The notes: a model not told the origin generated them from the letters alone. Positions 1-9,261 are shown, counted from the stretch's first letter. The stretch is DNA of 26,415 nt from Candidatus Calditenuaceae archaeon HR02 (GCA_002898395.1 BEHE01000020.1:1-26415), one strand, 5' to 3'. Numbers and translations: made by a program.

Positions 1-197
1 CCTAGATGTTGTTTGGGCTGGTTGTCCGCCGGCTAAACCCCCTCCCCCCATCTTTCCATTGTTTAAGTTTTTAATCCATCACTATGATTGTCGAATGATG
101 CTGAGTGTTTTAGATTTCCTGTGGCTCTGGACCCTGCTTCTCAACCTCCTGAGCCTCTGCAAGTTTGCTTACCTGCTGATCTTGGAACAGGGGATAT

Positions 198-410
198 TTA
201 CCTCTCCCGCTCTCTCTTAAAGTGAGCGGGAGAGGGAGAGAGCGAGATAGATATGGCGAGAGCCAGCAGAAATGGGACTAGATAGGATGTAACCTCTTCC
301 GACACCTCCCAGGAGAGGATTCATAGTCTAAACAGCATAAGAACGTTAAGGGATACGAGGAGTGCAAGGAATACACCCAACAGCACCACTAGGATCCTCA
401 CCGATATCAT
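198..410 (-). pseudogene. Probable disrupted small membrane-protein gene
   Basis: The minus strand from ATG at 410 reads MISVRILVVLLGVFLALLVSLNVLMLFRL, then TGA (321-323), then continues in frame as ILSWEVSEEVTSYLVPFLLALAISISLSPSPAHFKRERER*. Two hydrophobic segments are split by one stop. It could instead be a real 29-aa peptide (321-410). Confidence 0.4.
201..235. repeat. Perfect 12-bp inverted repeat (hairpin)
   Basis: CCTCTCCCGCTC (201-212) and GAGCGGGAGAGG (224-235) are exact reverse complements with an 11-nt loop. Confidence 0.8.
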
Positions 411-454
411 CGATTCGTTATAGAAGAGAACTATAAATTCCAGAGAAGCCTTAT

Positions 455-472
455 GGAAAACAAATATATATC
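455..472 (+). promoter_or_regulatory. Putative BRE/TATA promoter of the rpl7ae operon
   Basis: GGAAAACAAATATATATC: a purine-rich BRE-like segment followed by a TATA-like box about 40 nt upstream of the rpl7ae ATG. Confidence 0.55.
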
Positions 473-499
473 ATGCGCCAAACTGATAGGTTCACTGGT

Positions 500-525
500 G
501 CTTAGCAATGACGCCCGAGCTAAGC
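500..525 (+). promoter_or_regulatory. Kink-loop (k-turn family) L7Ae autoregulatory element containing the rpl7ae start codon
   Basis: GCUUAGC-AAU-GA-CGCCC-GA-GCUAAGC: 7-bp canonical stem (500-506/519-525), 3-nt bulge ending in U, tandem G.A/A.G pairs, short loop. The AUG (508-510) lies in the bulge and first G. Confidence 0.8.
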
Positions 526-900
526 TTCTTTGTCAAGTTTAAGACGCCGCCAGAACTGGCTAACGCCACAATCGAGATAGTGAAAATGGCTAGAGAGACT
601 GGAAAGATAAGGAAGGGTGTGAATGAGGTGATCAAGTCGATTGAGAGGGGACAGGCTAAGCTGGTCGTCATCGCTGAAAACGTTGACCCGCCAGAGATTG
701 TCGCCTTCCTGCCGGCACTCTGCGAGGAGAAGAAGATACCATACATCTACGTTCCTAAGAAGGAGGACCTTGGCAGGGCTGCTGGCCTCGAGGTCTCGGC
801 CAGTTCAGTCTCGATCATTGATGTGGGAGAGGCTAAGACGTATTTCGAGGAGATTCTGAAGCAGCTTGAGACGATTAAGCGGCAGGTTAGCGTTAAATAG
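508..900 (+). CDS. rpl7ae: 50S ribosomal protein L7Ae
   Basis: [34 protein letters not shown]...[24 protein letters not shown] is the L7Ae signature; typical ribosomal operon context. Confidence 0.98.
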   Translation: MTPELSFFVKFKTPPELANATIEIVKMARETGKIRKGVNEVIKSIERGQAKLVVIAENVDPPEIVAFLPALCEEKKIPYIYVPKKEDLGRAAGLEVSASSVSIIDVGEAKTYFEEILKQLETIKRQVSVK

Positions 901-935
901 TTTTTACACCATTCTTTGAGGATGGCTATGAAGCT

Positions 936-1139
936 ATGAGTAGTTCAGGGGTCCCCGCAGTTGTGGAGCAGGTTGTCGGAAGGACAGGTGTTAGGGGCGA
1001 CGTTACCCAGGTTAGGGTCAGGATACTTGAAGGCCCCGACTCGGGGAGGGTAATTACGAGGAATGTGAAGGGCCCTGTGAGGGTTGGAGACGTCTTGATA
1101 TTGATGGATACTGAGAGGGAAGCCGAGAAGATTAAGTGA
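936..1139 (+). CDS. rps28e: 30S ribosomal protein S28e
   Basis: [19 protein letters not shown]...[27 protein letters not shown]. Confidence 0.98.
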   Translation: MSSSGVPAVVEQVVGRTGVRGDVTQVRVRILEGPDSGRVITRNVKGPVRVGDVLILMDTEREAEKIK

Positions 1140-1150
1140 GGGGAGGGGGC

Positions 1151-1342
1151 GTGCCAACCATGCATACCTGCAGCTTCTGCGGGAGGAGTTTTGTACATGG
1201 CACAGGTCTACTGCTGGTGAGAAGGGATGGAGGGCTCAACTGGTTCTGTAGTAGGAGATGCTTCGTCTACATGACAAAGCATAAGAAGGACCCGCGGAAA
1301 ATAAAGTGGACAGCTTATTACGGTAAGGAGAGGCGGGCATAG
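1151..1342 (+). CDS. rpl24e: 50S ribosomal protein L24e
   Basis: CSFCG...GTG...VRRDG...FCSRRC...PRKIKWT Zn-finger motif. Start placed at GTG 1151 behind the SD-like GGAGGGGG (the ORF track starts at 1136). Confidence 0.96.
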   Translation: MPTMHTCSFCGRSFVHGTGLLLVRRDGGLNWFCSRRCFVYMTKHKKDPRKIKWTAYYGKERRA

Positions 1343-1762
1343 CTAGTCTAGGATCTCTTCTGGGGAAAAGAATATCCTATGCTCATACTCATATGAGTCT
1401 GGGCTATCAGAAGCGTGTATAATGTTGTTTGTTATGTCGAGGCCGTAATCGCCACGGATTGTCCCTGGGCTGGCCTTAACGGGGTCGGTAGCCCCTATCA
1501 TGAGCCTCACAACCTCGATGGCGCTCCTGCCTTCGAGGATTGCGACGACGACGTCTTTACCGCTGATGGAGTCTATAAGAGACTGATAGAAAGGTTTCCC
1601 AAAGTGGACGGCGTAGAGTTTTTCAGCCATCTCCCTTTGGACCCTCACGAGCTTAAGAGCGGCTATCCTCAGTCCCTTGGACTCGAATCGTGAAATAATG
1701 CTGCCTACAAGCCCTCTTGAGACGGCAATAGGCTTCAACATAACAAACGTCCTCTCAACCAT
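1343..1762 (-). CDS. ndk: Nucleoside diphosphate kinase
   Basis: ERTFVMLKP, GATDPVKASPGTIRGDY and NIIHASDS (catalytic His). Likely start is ATG 1762 (the ORF extends to 1771). Confidence 0.98.
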   Translation of the reverse strand: MVERTFVMLKPIAVSRGLVGSIISRFESKGLRIAALKLVRVQREMAEKLYAVHFGKPFYQSLIDSISGKDVVVAILEGRSAIEVVRLMIGATDPVKASPGTIRGDYGLDITNNIIHASDSPDSYEYEHRIFFSPEEILD

Positions 1763-1795
1763 ATCAATCACGTCATGTTTGCCGATTGATATATC

Positions 1796-4700
1796 CTATC
1801 TGAGCTCCCCCGTATCTCTCTTGCGCCCAACTAGGAGGGGTGAGATTCTTTGACGGTTAATTTCCCAAAGCTCTCCCAACTCCATTGCGGTCATCTTAAG
1901 TGTCCTGTCGGTCAGCATCTTCAATGCCTTTGAAATCTCTAGAGCCAGCTCAGCATTAAGAATGACTGGAATGTTATGGTCAACAGCAGCCCTTCTTACA
2001 TCATAGTCTATCTGGGGTATGTATCCAGAGCTGATCAGCGTCCCTATCCTCCTCAACCTTATCGCTTTAACCGCAGTCTCGCCTCGAATCTCTGGGACTC
2101 CGGGTATAGGCGACTCCTCTAATGTTAAAACCTCATAGCCGGATTCCCTCAAGACCTCTGCTACGGCCTTTAGTCTTGGGACCGTCCTCTGCGAATCGGG
2201 ATAAACTAGTATGGGTACGTCTTTAGGAGGAATTGTGTTCGGTGTCGCGGAGAGCCAGCTCTTCATTAGAGCCTCGTGGAACTCTAGCCCGACCGCGGCT
2301 ACTTCACCGGTACTCCTCATCTCCGGACCTAGGAATGGGTATGAGCCCCTAATCTGTGCCCAGGAGAACTGTGGGGACTTCACCCCCCAAACGAGCTGCA
2401 GTGGAGCATACACCTTGTCAAATATCTCCTCCAGCCTATCATCGTTGAGAGAAAGAGGCTCACCGAGTATGCACCTAGTACCGTACCCTAAGAGGTCTAT
2501 GTTGTAAACCTTGCTGCTGAACGGCATTGAGCGGCTGCACCTCAAGTTACACTCAATCACGTATACCTGCCCGTTTTTGACTAGGTACTGTATGTTGAAG
2601 GGGCCCCTAACTTGGAGAGCTTTTGCGATCAAGCCCGTGTATTCGGCTATCTTTACTATAGTCCTCTCTCCTGTCCTGTAGGGCGGTATAGAGATTGTGG
2701 CGTCACCGCTATGGACACCAGCATATTCTACGTGGTCCATTGGAAGCATAAGTACCTTTGAACCGTCTGAGACACAGTCAACCTCAGCTTCCACTGCGTC
2801 TTCTATGAAGTGACTAACTACCACAGGCTTGTCAGTGTGTCTGGAGAGTTTTCCCATTAGCTCTTTTAGCTCGTCTTCGTCATAGGCGATGAAGACGGAT
2901 GTTCCACTGAGTATGTAGCTGGGGCGAAGGATGACAGGATATCCGACCTCCTCCGCTATCCTGGGCAGTTTCGCCAAATCGGTTACGGTGGCCCAGCGGG
3001 GCTGCTCTATGCCGAGCTCCTCTAAGAGCTTGCTGAATTTCGAGCGGTTCTCTGCACGCCCGACAGACGAGGGCTGGGTGCCCAGGATTGGGACCCCCCG
3101 CCTATCCAGCTCCTCCGCGACATTATTGCCTATCTGCCCTGCAGAGGAGATGATCACGCCCCCGCAGCTCTGGATTGAGGCGATATCCTGAATTGCCTCC
3201 GGTGTTAGCTCGGAGTTGATGAGGAAGTCGACTATGTCCCAATCCGTAGAGACTGTCTCGGGATTGTAATTTATTATGGCTACATTCTTGCCAAATTCTT
3301 TTAAATTCTTGTAGATGTTTACGGTTCCCCAATCAAACTCCACCGACACGCCTATTCTGAAGCATCCCGCGCCAAGTACTAGGAGAAGGGCGTCATGGCC
3401 CCGGCTTAAGACATCGTGAGTCATTCCAGAATATGTTGTGTATGAGTAGTTTGTCATCGCTGGCTTCTCACCAGCCAATGTGTCGATATTCTTTAGCCAG
3501 GGCGTCCATCCATTAGACTGGAAAGCCGCCTTCACCTGCTCATAGCTCTTTCCAGATATGGTGGCTATCTGCTCTGCTGTGAACCCTGCTTTCAAGGCCT
3601 CTCTGAAGAGTACCTCCTTGGCCTCCTGGCTGAGCGAGTCTACCCTTCTAATAAGTTTAGCAATGTTGACTATTCGCTCCACCGGTTTCAGGAAGAACTC
3701 GTCGACTCCGGTCAAAGAGGAGATTTGCTCAACCGTTGCACCGAGGTATAGGGCTTTCGCAACGTCCCTGAGCCAGTAGGGTCTAAACTGTTTGAGGCGC
3801 TCCATGACTATGGCCAGGTCCTCATAGTTGAATGTATCACTGTCTACCAGCCCCATAACTCCTATGTCTAGCATCCTGAATGCCTTCTGGTAGACCTCCT
3901 CCATGTTTCTTCCAATAGCCATCACCTCTCCGATGCTCATCATCTCTGACCCCAAAACCTCGTCTCTCGGCCAGAACTTATCTAGATCCCAGCGAGGCGC
4001 CTTCAGCACAACATAGTCGAGGCTTGGCTCGAAAAATGCCGTTGTGCTACCTGTGATCGTGTTGAGCAACTCGTCTAGGAGGTATCCGAGGCACAGTTTC
4101 GCAGCTATGTATGCTAGGGGGTAGCCTGTAGCCTTACTAGCTAGTGCGCTGCTCCGCGACATACGGGGGTTGGTCTCTATTACGTAGTAATCTCCTGTTC
4201 CCTGTTGGAGTGCAAGCTGGACATTGCATTCACCCACCAGCCTTATCGCGGATGCGACTCCGAAAGAGGCTGATCTGAGCGTCTGGTATTCACTATCTGT
4301 CAATGTCTGGCTAGGAGCCACAACTAGTGACTCGCCAGTATGGACACCCATTGGATCGATGTTCTCTAGGCAGGCAACTGCGACCATGTTGCCTGCCCTA
4401 TCCCTCATCACCTCATACTCTATCTCTTTCCACTTCTCCAAGTACTTCTCAATGAGGACGTTCCCCACAATACTGTGGGAGAAGGCTCTCGTTAGTTTCG
4501 CTTCTAGCTCCTCCCGCCTATACGCTACAAAGGACCCCCTACCGCCAAGGTTGAAGCTTACACGAACTATTACTGGGTATCCGACCTCATCCGCCGCCCT
4601 CATAGCCTCTTTTATACTGTTTGCAGGTTGTGAAGGTGGGACTGGCAGCCCGGCTTTGATCATCGTTTCGCGGAATATTGATCGCGTCAAGGCTGCCTCA

Positions 4701-5059
4701 ATCCCTTCGATCGGAGTCCCCAAGACTTTCACACTATACTTGTCTAACACTCCTTTACGGTAGAGCTGGACACCTACGCTGAGGGCGCTCTGGCCGCCGA
4801 AGCCCACCATAATACCATCTGGCTGCTCCCTCTCGATTATCTTCTCGAGATACTCTACGGTGATTGGGGCCAAGTAAACCCTGTCTGCGAGTAGGTGTGT
4901 TGTCTGTATAGTGGCGATGTTGGGATTGACGAGGATTGTAGTGATTCCCTCACCCTTGAGCGCCTTTAACGCTTGGCTTCCACTGTAATCGAATTCGGCC
5001 GCCTCTGCAATTTTAATCCCGCCCGAGCCTATCAGAAGGACCTTGCTAACCGACTCCAT
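1796..5059 (-). CDS. carB: Carbamoyl-phosphate synthase large subunit
   Basis: KVLLIGSGGIKIAEAAEFDYSGSQA, GVHTGES, ETNPRMSRSSALASKATGYP, a second ATP-grasp half (NYNPETVSTDWD, GVHSGD, ECNLRCSRS), 1087 aa. Confidence 0.98.
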   Translation of the reverse strand: MESVSKVLLIGSGGIKIAEAAEFDYSGSQALKALKGEGITTILVNPNIATIQTTHLLADRVYLAPITVEYLEKIIEREQPDGIMVGFGGQSALSVGVQLYRKGVLDKYSVKVLGTPIEGIEAALTRSIFRETMIKAGLPVPPSQPANSIKEAMRAADEVGYPVIVRVSFNLGGRGSFVAYRREELEAKLTRAFSHSIVGNVLIEKYLEKWKEIEYEVMRDRAGNMVAVACLENIDPMGVHTGESLVVAPSQTLTDSEYQTLRSASFGVASAIRLVGECNVQLALQQGTGDYYVIETNPRMSRSSALASKATGYPLAYIAAKLCLGYLLDELLNTITGSTTAFFEPSLDYVVLKAPRWDLDKFWPRDEVLGSEMMSIGEVMAIGRNMEEVYQKAFRMLDIGVMGLVDSDTFNYEDLAIVMERLKQFRPYWLRDVAKALYLGATVEQISSLTGVDEFFLKPVERIVNIAKLIRRVDSLSQEAKEVLFREALKAGFTAEQIATISGKSYEQVKAAFQSNGWTPWLKNIDTLAGEKPAMTNYSYTTYSGMTHDVLSRGHDALLLVLGAGCFRIGVSVEFDWGTVNIYKNLKEFGKNVAIINYNPETVSTDWDIVDFLINSELTPEAIQDIASIQSCGGVIISSAGQIGNNVAEELDRRGVPILGTQPSSVGRAENRSKFSKLLEELGIEQPRWATVTDLAKLPRIAEEVGYPVILRPSYILSGTSVFIAYDEDELKELMGKLSRHTDKPVVVSHFIEDAVEAEVDCVSDGSKVLMLPMDHVEYAGVHSGDATISIPPYRTGERTIVKIAEYTGLIAKALQVRGPFNIQYLVKNGQVYVIECNLRCSRSMPFSSKVYNIDLLGYGTRCILGEPLSLNDDRLEEIFDKVYAPLQLVWGVKSPQFSWAQIRGSYPFLGPEMRSTGEVAAVGLEFHEALMKSWLSATPNTIPPKDVPILVYPDSQRTVPRLKAVAEVLRESGYEVLTLEESPIPGVPEIRGETAVKAIRLRRIGTLISSGYIPQIDYDVRRAAVDHNIPVILNAELALEISKALKMLTDRTLKMTAMELGELWEINRQRISPLLVGRKRDTGELR

Positions 5060-6179
5060 TCCTCCTCACCATCTTATCGAAGATTTCGAAAACATAGCTA
5101 GCGTCTCTCGGCCCCGGCCTCCCTTCGGGGTGAAACTGTACAGAAATCACGGGCAGAGACTCGTGTATTAGACCCTCAATTGTTCCGTCGTCACAGTCTA
5201 CGAACCATGGCTTAAGACCTGTCCCAGAAAGACTTTCCTCAGAGACAGCATAGCCGTGATTCTGCAGAGTTATTACCCTCTTCCCCGTGATCAGGTCCCT
5301 GCAGGGCTTGTTTATCCCCCTATGCCCATATTTCATCTTAAAGGTCTTGGCCCCTAAGGCGAGAGCGAGTAGCTGGTGTCCTAAACATACACCAAGGGTT
5401 GGAGTATTACTCTCTATAATCTCTCTCACAAGTCTGATTGCGTGGCGCATTTTTGCAGGGTTACCCGGCCCATTACTGATCACAATCCCTTTCGGATTAT
5501 AGGAGAAGATGGCGTCTGACCCAAGCCTCCCAGGCACAACAACCACCCTATACCCCATCTTTACGAGCCTATGGACTATACCATCCTTAACACCAAAGTC
5601 GGCGACGACTAGCGTCGAGCTGCTTTCCTCGTTGAAAACCGTGGGCTTCGGGTATGCAGAGTACTCGAAGACGCGGGAGTCGTAGTCGACTTCCCGAGCC
5701 ATTCTTAATAATTCCTGTCGGTTTATATCCTCCAGCGACTCGGCAACCTGTACTGCGCCGCCCATGACTCCCACTTCTCTTATCCGCTGCACCAACATTC
5801 TTGTATCAACATCCATTATTCCGGGTACTGAGTTCTCGAGGAGCCAGTCGTTTAGAGACTTCATTGAACGCGGATGGCTCGGTTCTGTCGCCTGCGATAC
5901 AACTAGAGCCTCAATCTTTATTCCGTCTGACTCGAAGTCAGGAGGTACACCATAGTTCCCAATCAATGGGTAAGTGAGTATGAGTATCTGCCCAATGTAT
6001 GAGGGGTCTGTCAATGACTCTGTGTAGCCGTTCATAGCAGTACTAAACACAACTTCTCCGCTCCTTTTCTCAAGAGCGCCGAAGCCTTTGCCGACGATGA
6101 AGGTGCCATCCTCGAGCGCGAGGCCGGCAACATAGGAGCCCGCGATCCGCTTCACGAGCCCCTCCAAGCATTCATCCAT
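5046..6179 (-). CDS. carA: Carbamoyl-phosphate synthase small (glutaminase) subunit
   Basis: GEVVFSTAMNGYTESLTDPSY, SNGPGNP, GVCLGHQ (nucleophile Cys), QNHGY, QFHPEG. Confidence 0.98.
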   Translation of the reverse strand: MDECLEGLVKRIAGSYVAGLALEDGTFIVGKGFGALEKRSGEVVFSTAMNGYTESLTDPSYIGQILILTYPLIGNYGVPPDFESDGIKIEALVVSQATEPSHPRSMKSLNDWLLENSVPGIMDVDTRMLVQRIREVGVMGGAVQVAESLEDINRQELLRMAREVDYDSRVFEYSAYPKPTVFNEESSSTLVVADFGVKDGIVHRLVKMGYRVVVVPGRLGSDAIFSYNPKGIVISNGPGNPAKMRHAIRLVREIIESNTPTLGVCLGHQLLALALGAKTFKMKYGHRGINKPCRDLITGKRVITLQNHGYAVSEESLSGTGLKPWFVDCDDGTIEGLIHESLPVISVQFHPEGRPGPRDASYVFEIFDKMVRRNGVG

Positions 6180-6256
6180 TTGGTCTCTATGATAATAGAC
6201 ATCTGATGCTTCAGGGTATATACTTATTGACCTGTTTCGGTCATGTGGGAGAGGGC

Positions 6257-6931
6257 TTGTACCGGGACTGGTCTGTGAGTAGGGCGGTCCGCTACCTAAT
6301 AGGTCTGGAGAAGGGCTATAAATCAGCGCTGGACGGCGGTTACGCCAACCTATCTGCCCTTGCGAAGCTCCTAAAACCGACTTTAGACGCCCTACTCGGT
6401 CAGGATGTCAAGCACTCCACCATAGTGACTGCGTTAAAGAGGGTTAGGGGCCGCTTCTATGGAAGGAGATTGGCCACAGCCCAAGTCATTGCGAGAAGCA
6501 AGCTTGAGGCAAAGACGGGGCTGGCCAAGGTTATCCTGAAACGGAACAGGACGTCACTGAGGATCGCGCGCGACCTAGCGATTAGGGTGAGAGGGTTCTT
6601 CCAACTACTCGACGGAATCACGTCCATTACCCTGATATGCAGCCAAGAGAGGCTGGCAGAGGTTAGAAGCGAGTTCCCGCGCCCCCTCATCATCGGGGAA
6701 TCTGAGAGCATCACTGCATTAATTATTGTAAGCCCTTCTATCATAGAGAAGACGCATGGGGTAGTCTCTCACATTCTGGAGTGGCTTGCAAATAGGGAGA
6801 TAAACGTAGAAGAAGTGATAAGCTGCTACAAGGATACCATAATACTCGTCGCCACCGAGGATGGGGGTAAGGCATTCGATGCAATTAACGAGCTTATAAC
6901 GGATTGTAGGAGGGTAGTATCGCGGGCTTAA
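6257..6931 (+). CDS. Archaeal ACT-domain protein, predicted amino-acid-responsive regulator
   Basis: N-terminal helical domain (NLSALAKLLKP...STIVTALKR) plus a C-terminal ACT-like fold (GVVSHILEWLANREINVEEVISCYKDTIILV). Start placed at TTG 6257 after GGAGAGGG; the ORF track starts at 6206. Confidence 0.75.
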   Translation: MYRDWSVSRAVRYLIGLEKGYKSALDGGYANLSALAKLLKPTLDALLGQDVKHSTIVTALKRVRGRFYGRRLATAQVIARSKLEAKTGLAKVILKRNRTSLRIARDLAIRVRGFFQLLDGITSITLICSQERLAEVRSEFPRPLIIGESESITALIIVSPSIIEKTHGVVSHILEWLANREINVEEVISCYKDTIILVATEDGGKAFDAINELITDCRRVVSRA

Positions 6932-6937
6932 GACTGT

Positions 6938-9241
6938 TTATCTCGCCTTCTCCTTAGCCTTCTTCACCGCTTCTACGACTTTTTCAGGTGTTATAGGCAG
7001 CTCTGTAATCCTAACCCCCAGAGCCTTCGAGACCGCGTTGGCTATGGCGGCCGCTATTCCGATTATGGGCGGCTCGCCAAGGCCCTTAGCACCCAAGTTG
7101 TTGGCATAGGTATCCATTGGCTCTACGAATAAGGCTGTAACTTCTGGGGTCTCGAGGCTCGAAGGGAGGAGATAGTCTAGTAGGTTGGGATTGATTACAG
7201 TCCCAGAAGAGGGGTCGACAAGCCTCTGCTCTAGGAGTGCATATCCCAATCCCTGGACCACTCCTCCCACCACCTGCCCCTCTGCTGTAAGCCTGTTGAT
7301 GATTCTCCCCGAGTCGTGAGCTGAGACCACTCTCAACACCTTCACAGACCCCGTCTCTAAATCCAACTCAACCTCTGCAAACTGGGCCGCGAATGTCTCA
7401 ACAGCATATCCATCAGGGTTAGGCCCCCTCGCACCCTTGCCAACTACTGCGAAATCTCCCAACTGTGTGAGGAGCTCTTCAATGGTTACTGACTTCTCAC
7501 CCTCCTTTGTCTGTACTCTACCATCCTTTAGCTCAAGTATTTCTCTCGGGGCATCTAGGAATTGTGAGGCAATGTCTAGGAGTTGGTTTCGCGCACCTAT
7601 CGCGGCCGCCCTAACAGCTGGACCCATGGAGGCAAGGGTCCCACTTCCTCCGCTTCCTGGAGAGAAGAGTTCTAGGGAGGTGTCGCCGATCACCACGTGT
7701 ACATGCTCTATGGGCACTGAAAGTTCTTCTGCCACTATCTGGGCTAGGATTGTCCTTGTCCCGGTGCCAATATCCTGAGTAGATGTCAAGACTTGGATTG
7801 TGCCGTCCCTATTTAGCTTAACCTCGGCGTATGCAGGTGGCCCTCCTCCTCCCCACCAAACCACGCTAGCCATTCCTGAGGCTCGAACCCTGTTATTCTC
7901 CCTTCTGACCGCCCTTGCATAGTCCCATCCAAACTGTTCAGCTCCTTTTAGGTATGCTTCCCTTAACCCCTTTGAGGTGTAGTTTACTTCTCTGTCAGGC
8001 TCCTTATCAGCATAGTTCCTAAGCCTTATCTCGAGCGGGTCTAATCCCAATTCCTCTGCCGCCATATCCATCATCGACTCCAGCCCGAAGGTGCCTTCAG
8101 TGAATCCCGGCGCCCTCATGGCGGTGTGGGGGGTGGTGTTCGTGTAGACGCCCCACTCAATGGTTTCTAGGTTGTGAATTTGGTATAGCATTCTGTAGGG
8201 TCCTGAGACAAGTGGAACCCACTCGGCATATGCGCCTAGATTTATAATGGCCTCCAGCCGCATGGCCGAGACCCTTCCATCCCTCCTAAACCCGGCCTTA
8301 ACCCGCTGTATTGTCTGGGCTCTGCAGCCCGTTGCTAAATTCTCTTCACTCCTCGACAGAACAACCTTAACGGGCCTTCCAGTATGCCTCGAGGCTAGCG
8401 CAGCTAAGATTGTATGTTTCCCAGGGTCAAACTTCGCTCCGAAGCCGCCGCCCATATACTCGCATATCACTCGGACCTTCGAAAGCGGGATTGAGAATAT
8501 CTGGCTTAGCCGCTGCCTCACGTTGTTCACGGCCTGGGTGGACTCCCATACAGTGAGACCGGCAGGGGTCCAATAAGCGACCGTCGAGTGCGTCTCGAGA
8601 GAGTTATGCAGAACCGCGCTTGTCCTGAATGTTTCCTCTAGGATCAAGTCTGCATCCCCAAACCCCTGTGTGGGGTTGCCCCTCACTACCCTCGATGGGC
8701 CACCGCGGAATATGTTCCCATCGCTGTGGACTCTTGGCGCATCATCCTTCAAAGCCTCGAGTAAGTCTACCACAAAAGGCAGTCTCTCGTAGTCTACATT
8801 TATCGCCTCGAGCGCGTCCTCGGCGACTCCCTCGTCTTCGGCTACAACAAAAGCAACTTCTTCACCTTGGAATTTGAGTACAGTATTGAAAACGTTGGAA
8901 GCACCACCATAGAGAGGTATTTTTGGCGTGTTGAGATATGTGTAGACTTTCCTGACCCCTTTGATCCTCTCGGCATCGGAAGTGTCTATGTGGATGATGC
9001 GAGCATGGGGGTAGGGGGATCTCAAGAATTTGCCTACTAGCATGCCCTTAAGTGAGACATCTACAGTGTATGTTGCGGCCCCCGTAACCTTTGCGACGCC
9101 ATCCACCGTCTTCACCCGCCCACCAATGTATCTAAACCTCTCACCAGCGGGCCAGGGGGTGATCTTCTCCTCCTCTTCCACAACGAACTCCTCTCTCCAC
9201 CGCCCCTCAATCTCAGCCCGGGTCTTCCTAATCCTGACCAT
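6938..9241 (-). CDS. Xanthine dehydrogenase family molybdopterin-binding large subunit (PaoC/YagR/CoxL-like)
   Basis: RSPYPHARI, GGGFGAK, AMRAPG active-site loop, QDIGTGT, GQVVGGVVQGLG, AKGLGEPP (catalytic Glu). Likely start ATG 9241 with TTTATAAT about 25 nt upstream. Confidence 0.93.
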   Translation of the reverse strand: MVRIRKTRAEIEGRWREEFVVEEEEKITPWPAGERFRYIGGRVKTVDGVAKVTGAATYTVDVSLKGMLVGKFLRSPYPHARIIHIDTSDAERIKGVRKVYTYLNTPKIPLYGGASNVFNTVLKFQGEEVAFVVAEDEGVAEDALEAINVDYERLPFVVDLLEALKDDAPRVHSDGNIFRGGPSRVVRGNPTQGFGDADLILEETFRTSAVLHNSLETHSTVAYWTPAGLTVWESTQAVNNVRQRLSQIFSIPLSKVRVICEYMGGGFGAKFDPGKHTILAALASRHTGRPVKVVLSRSEENLATGCRAQTIQRVKAGFRRDGRVSAMRLEAIINLGAYAEWVPLVSGPYRMLYQIHNLETIEWGVYTNTTPHTAMRAPGFTEGTFGLESMMDMAAEELGLDPLEIRLRNYADKEPDREVNYTSKGLREAYLKGAEQFGWDYARAVRRENNRVRASGMASVVWWGGGGPPAYAEVKLNRDGTIQVLTSTQDIGTGTRTILAQIVAEELSVPIEHVHVVIGDTSLELFSPGSGGSGTLASMGPAVRAAAIGARNQLLDIASQFLDAPREILELKDGRVQTKEGEKSVTIEELLTQLGDFAVVGKGARGPNPDGYAVETFAAQFAEVELDLETGSVKVLRVVSAHDSGRIINRLTAEGQVVGGVVQGLGYALLEQRLVDPSSGTVINPNLLDYLLPSSLETPEVTALFVEPMDTYANNLGAKGLGEPPIIGIAAAIANAVSKALGVRITELPITPEKVVEAVKKAKEKAR

Positions 9242-9261
9242 GCGACAGATACTCTCTATCA

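Noticed and set aside
1-80. Minus-strand ATG at 51 (MGGGGLAGGQPAQTTSR...) behind a TATA-like ATTAAAAACTTAAAC, running off the window
   Set aside because: Only 17 codons are visible and no family is recognisable; it cannot be supported without the adjacent sequence.
321-323. Selenocysteine or read-through recoding of the in-frame TGA using the downstream hairpin
   Set aside because: The context is a hydrophobic helix end with no redox motif, and the hairpin does not resemble an archaeal SECIS; simple decay is more parsimonious.
6938-9241. Calling the Mo protein an aerobic CO dehydrogenase (coxL)
   Set aside because: The active-site loop is AMRAPG, not AYxCSFR or AYxGAGR, and there are no coxM/coxS or accessory genes.
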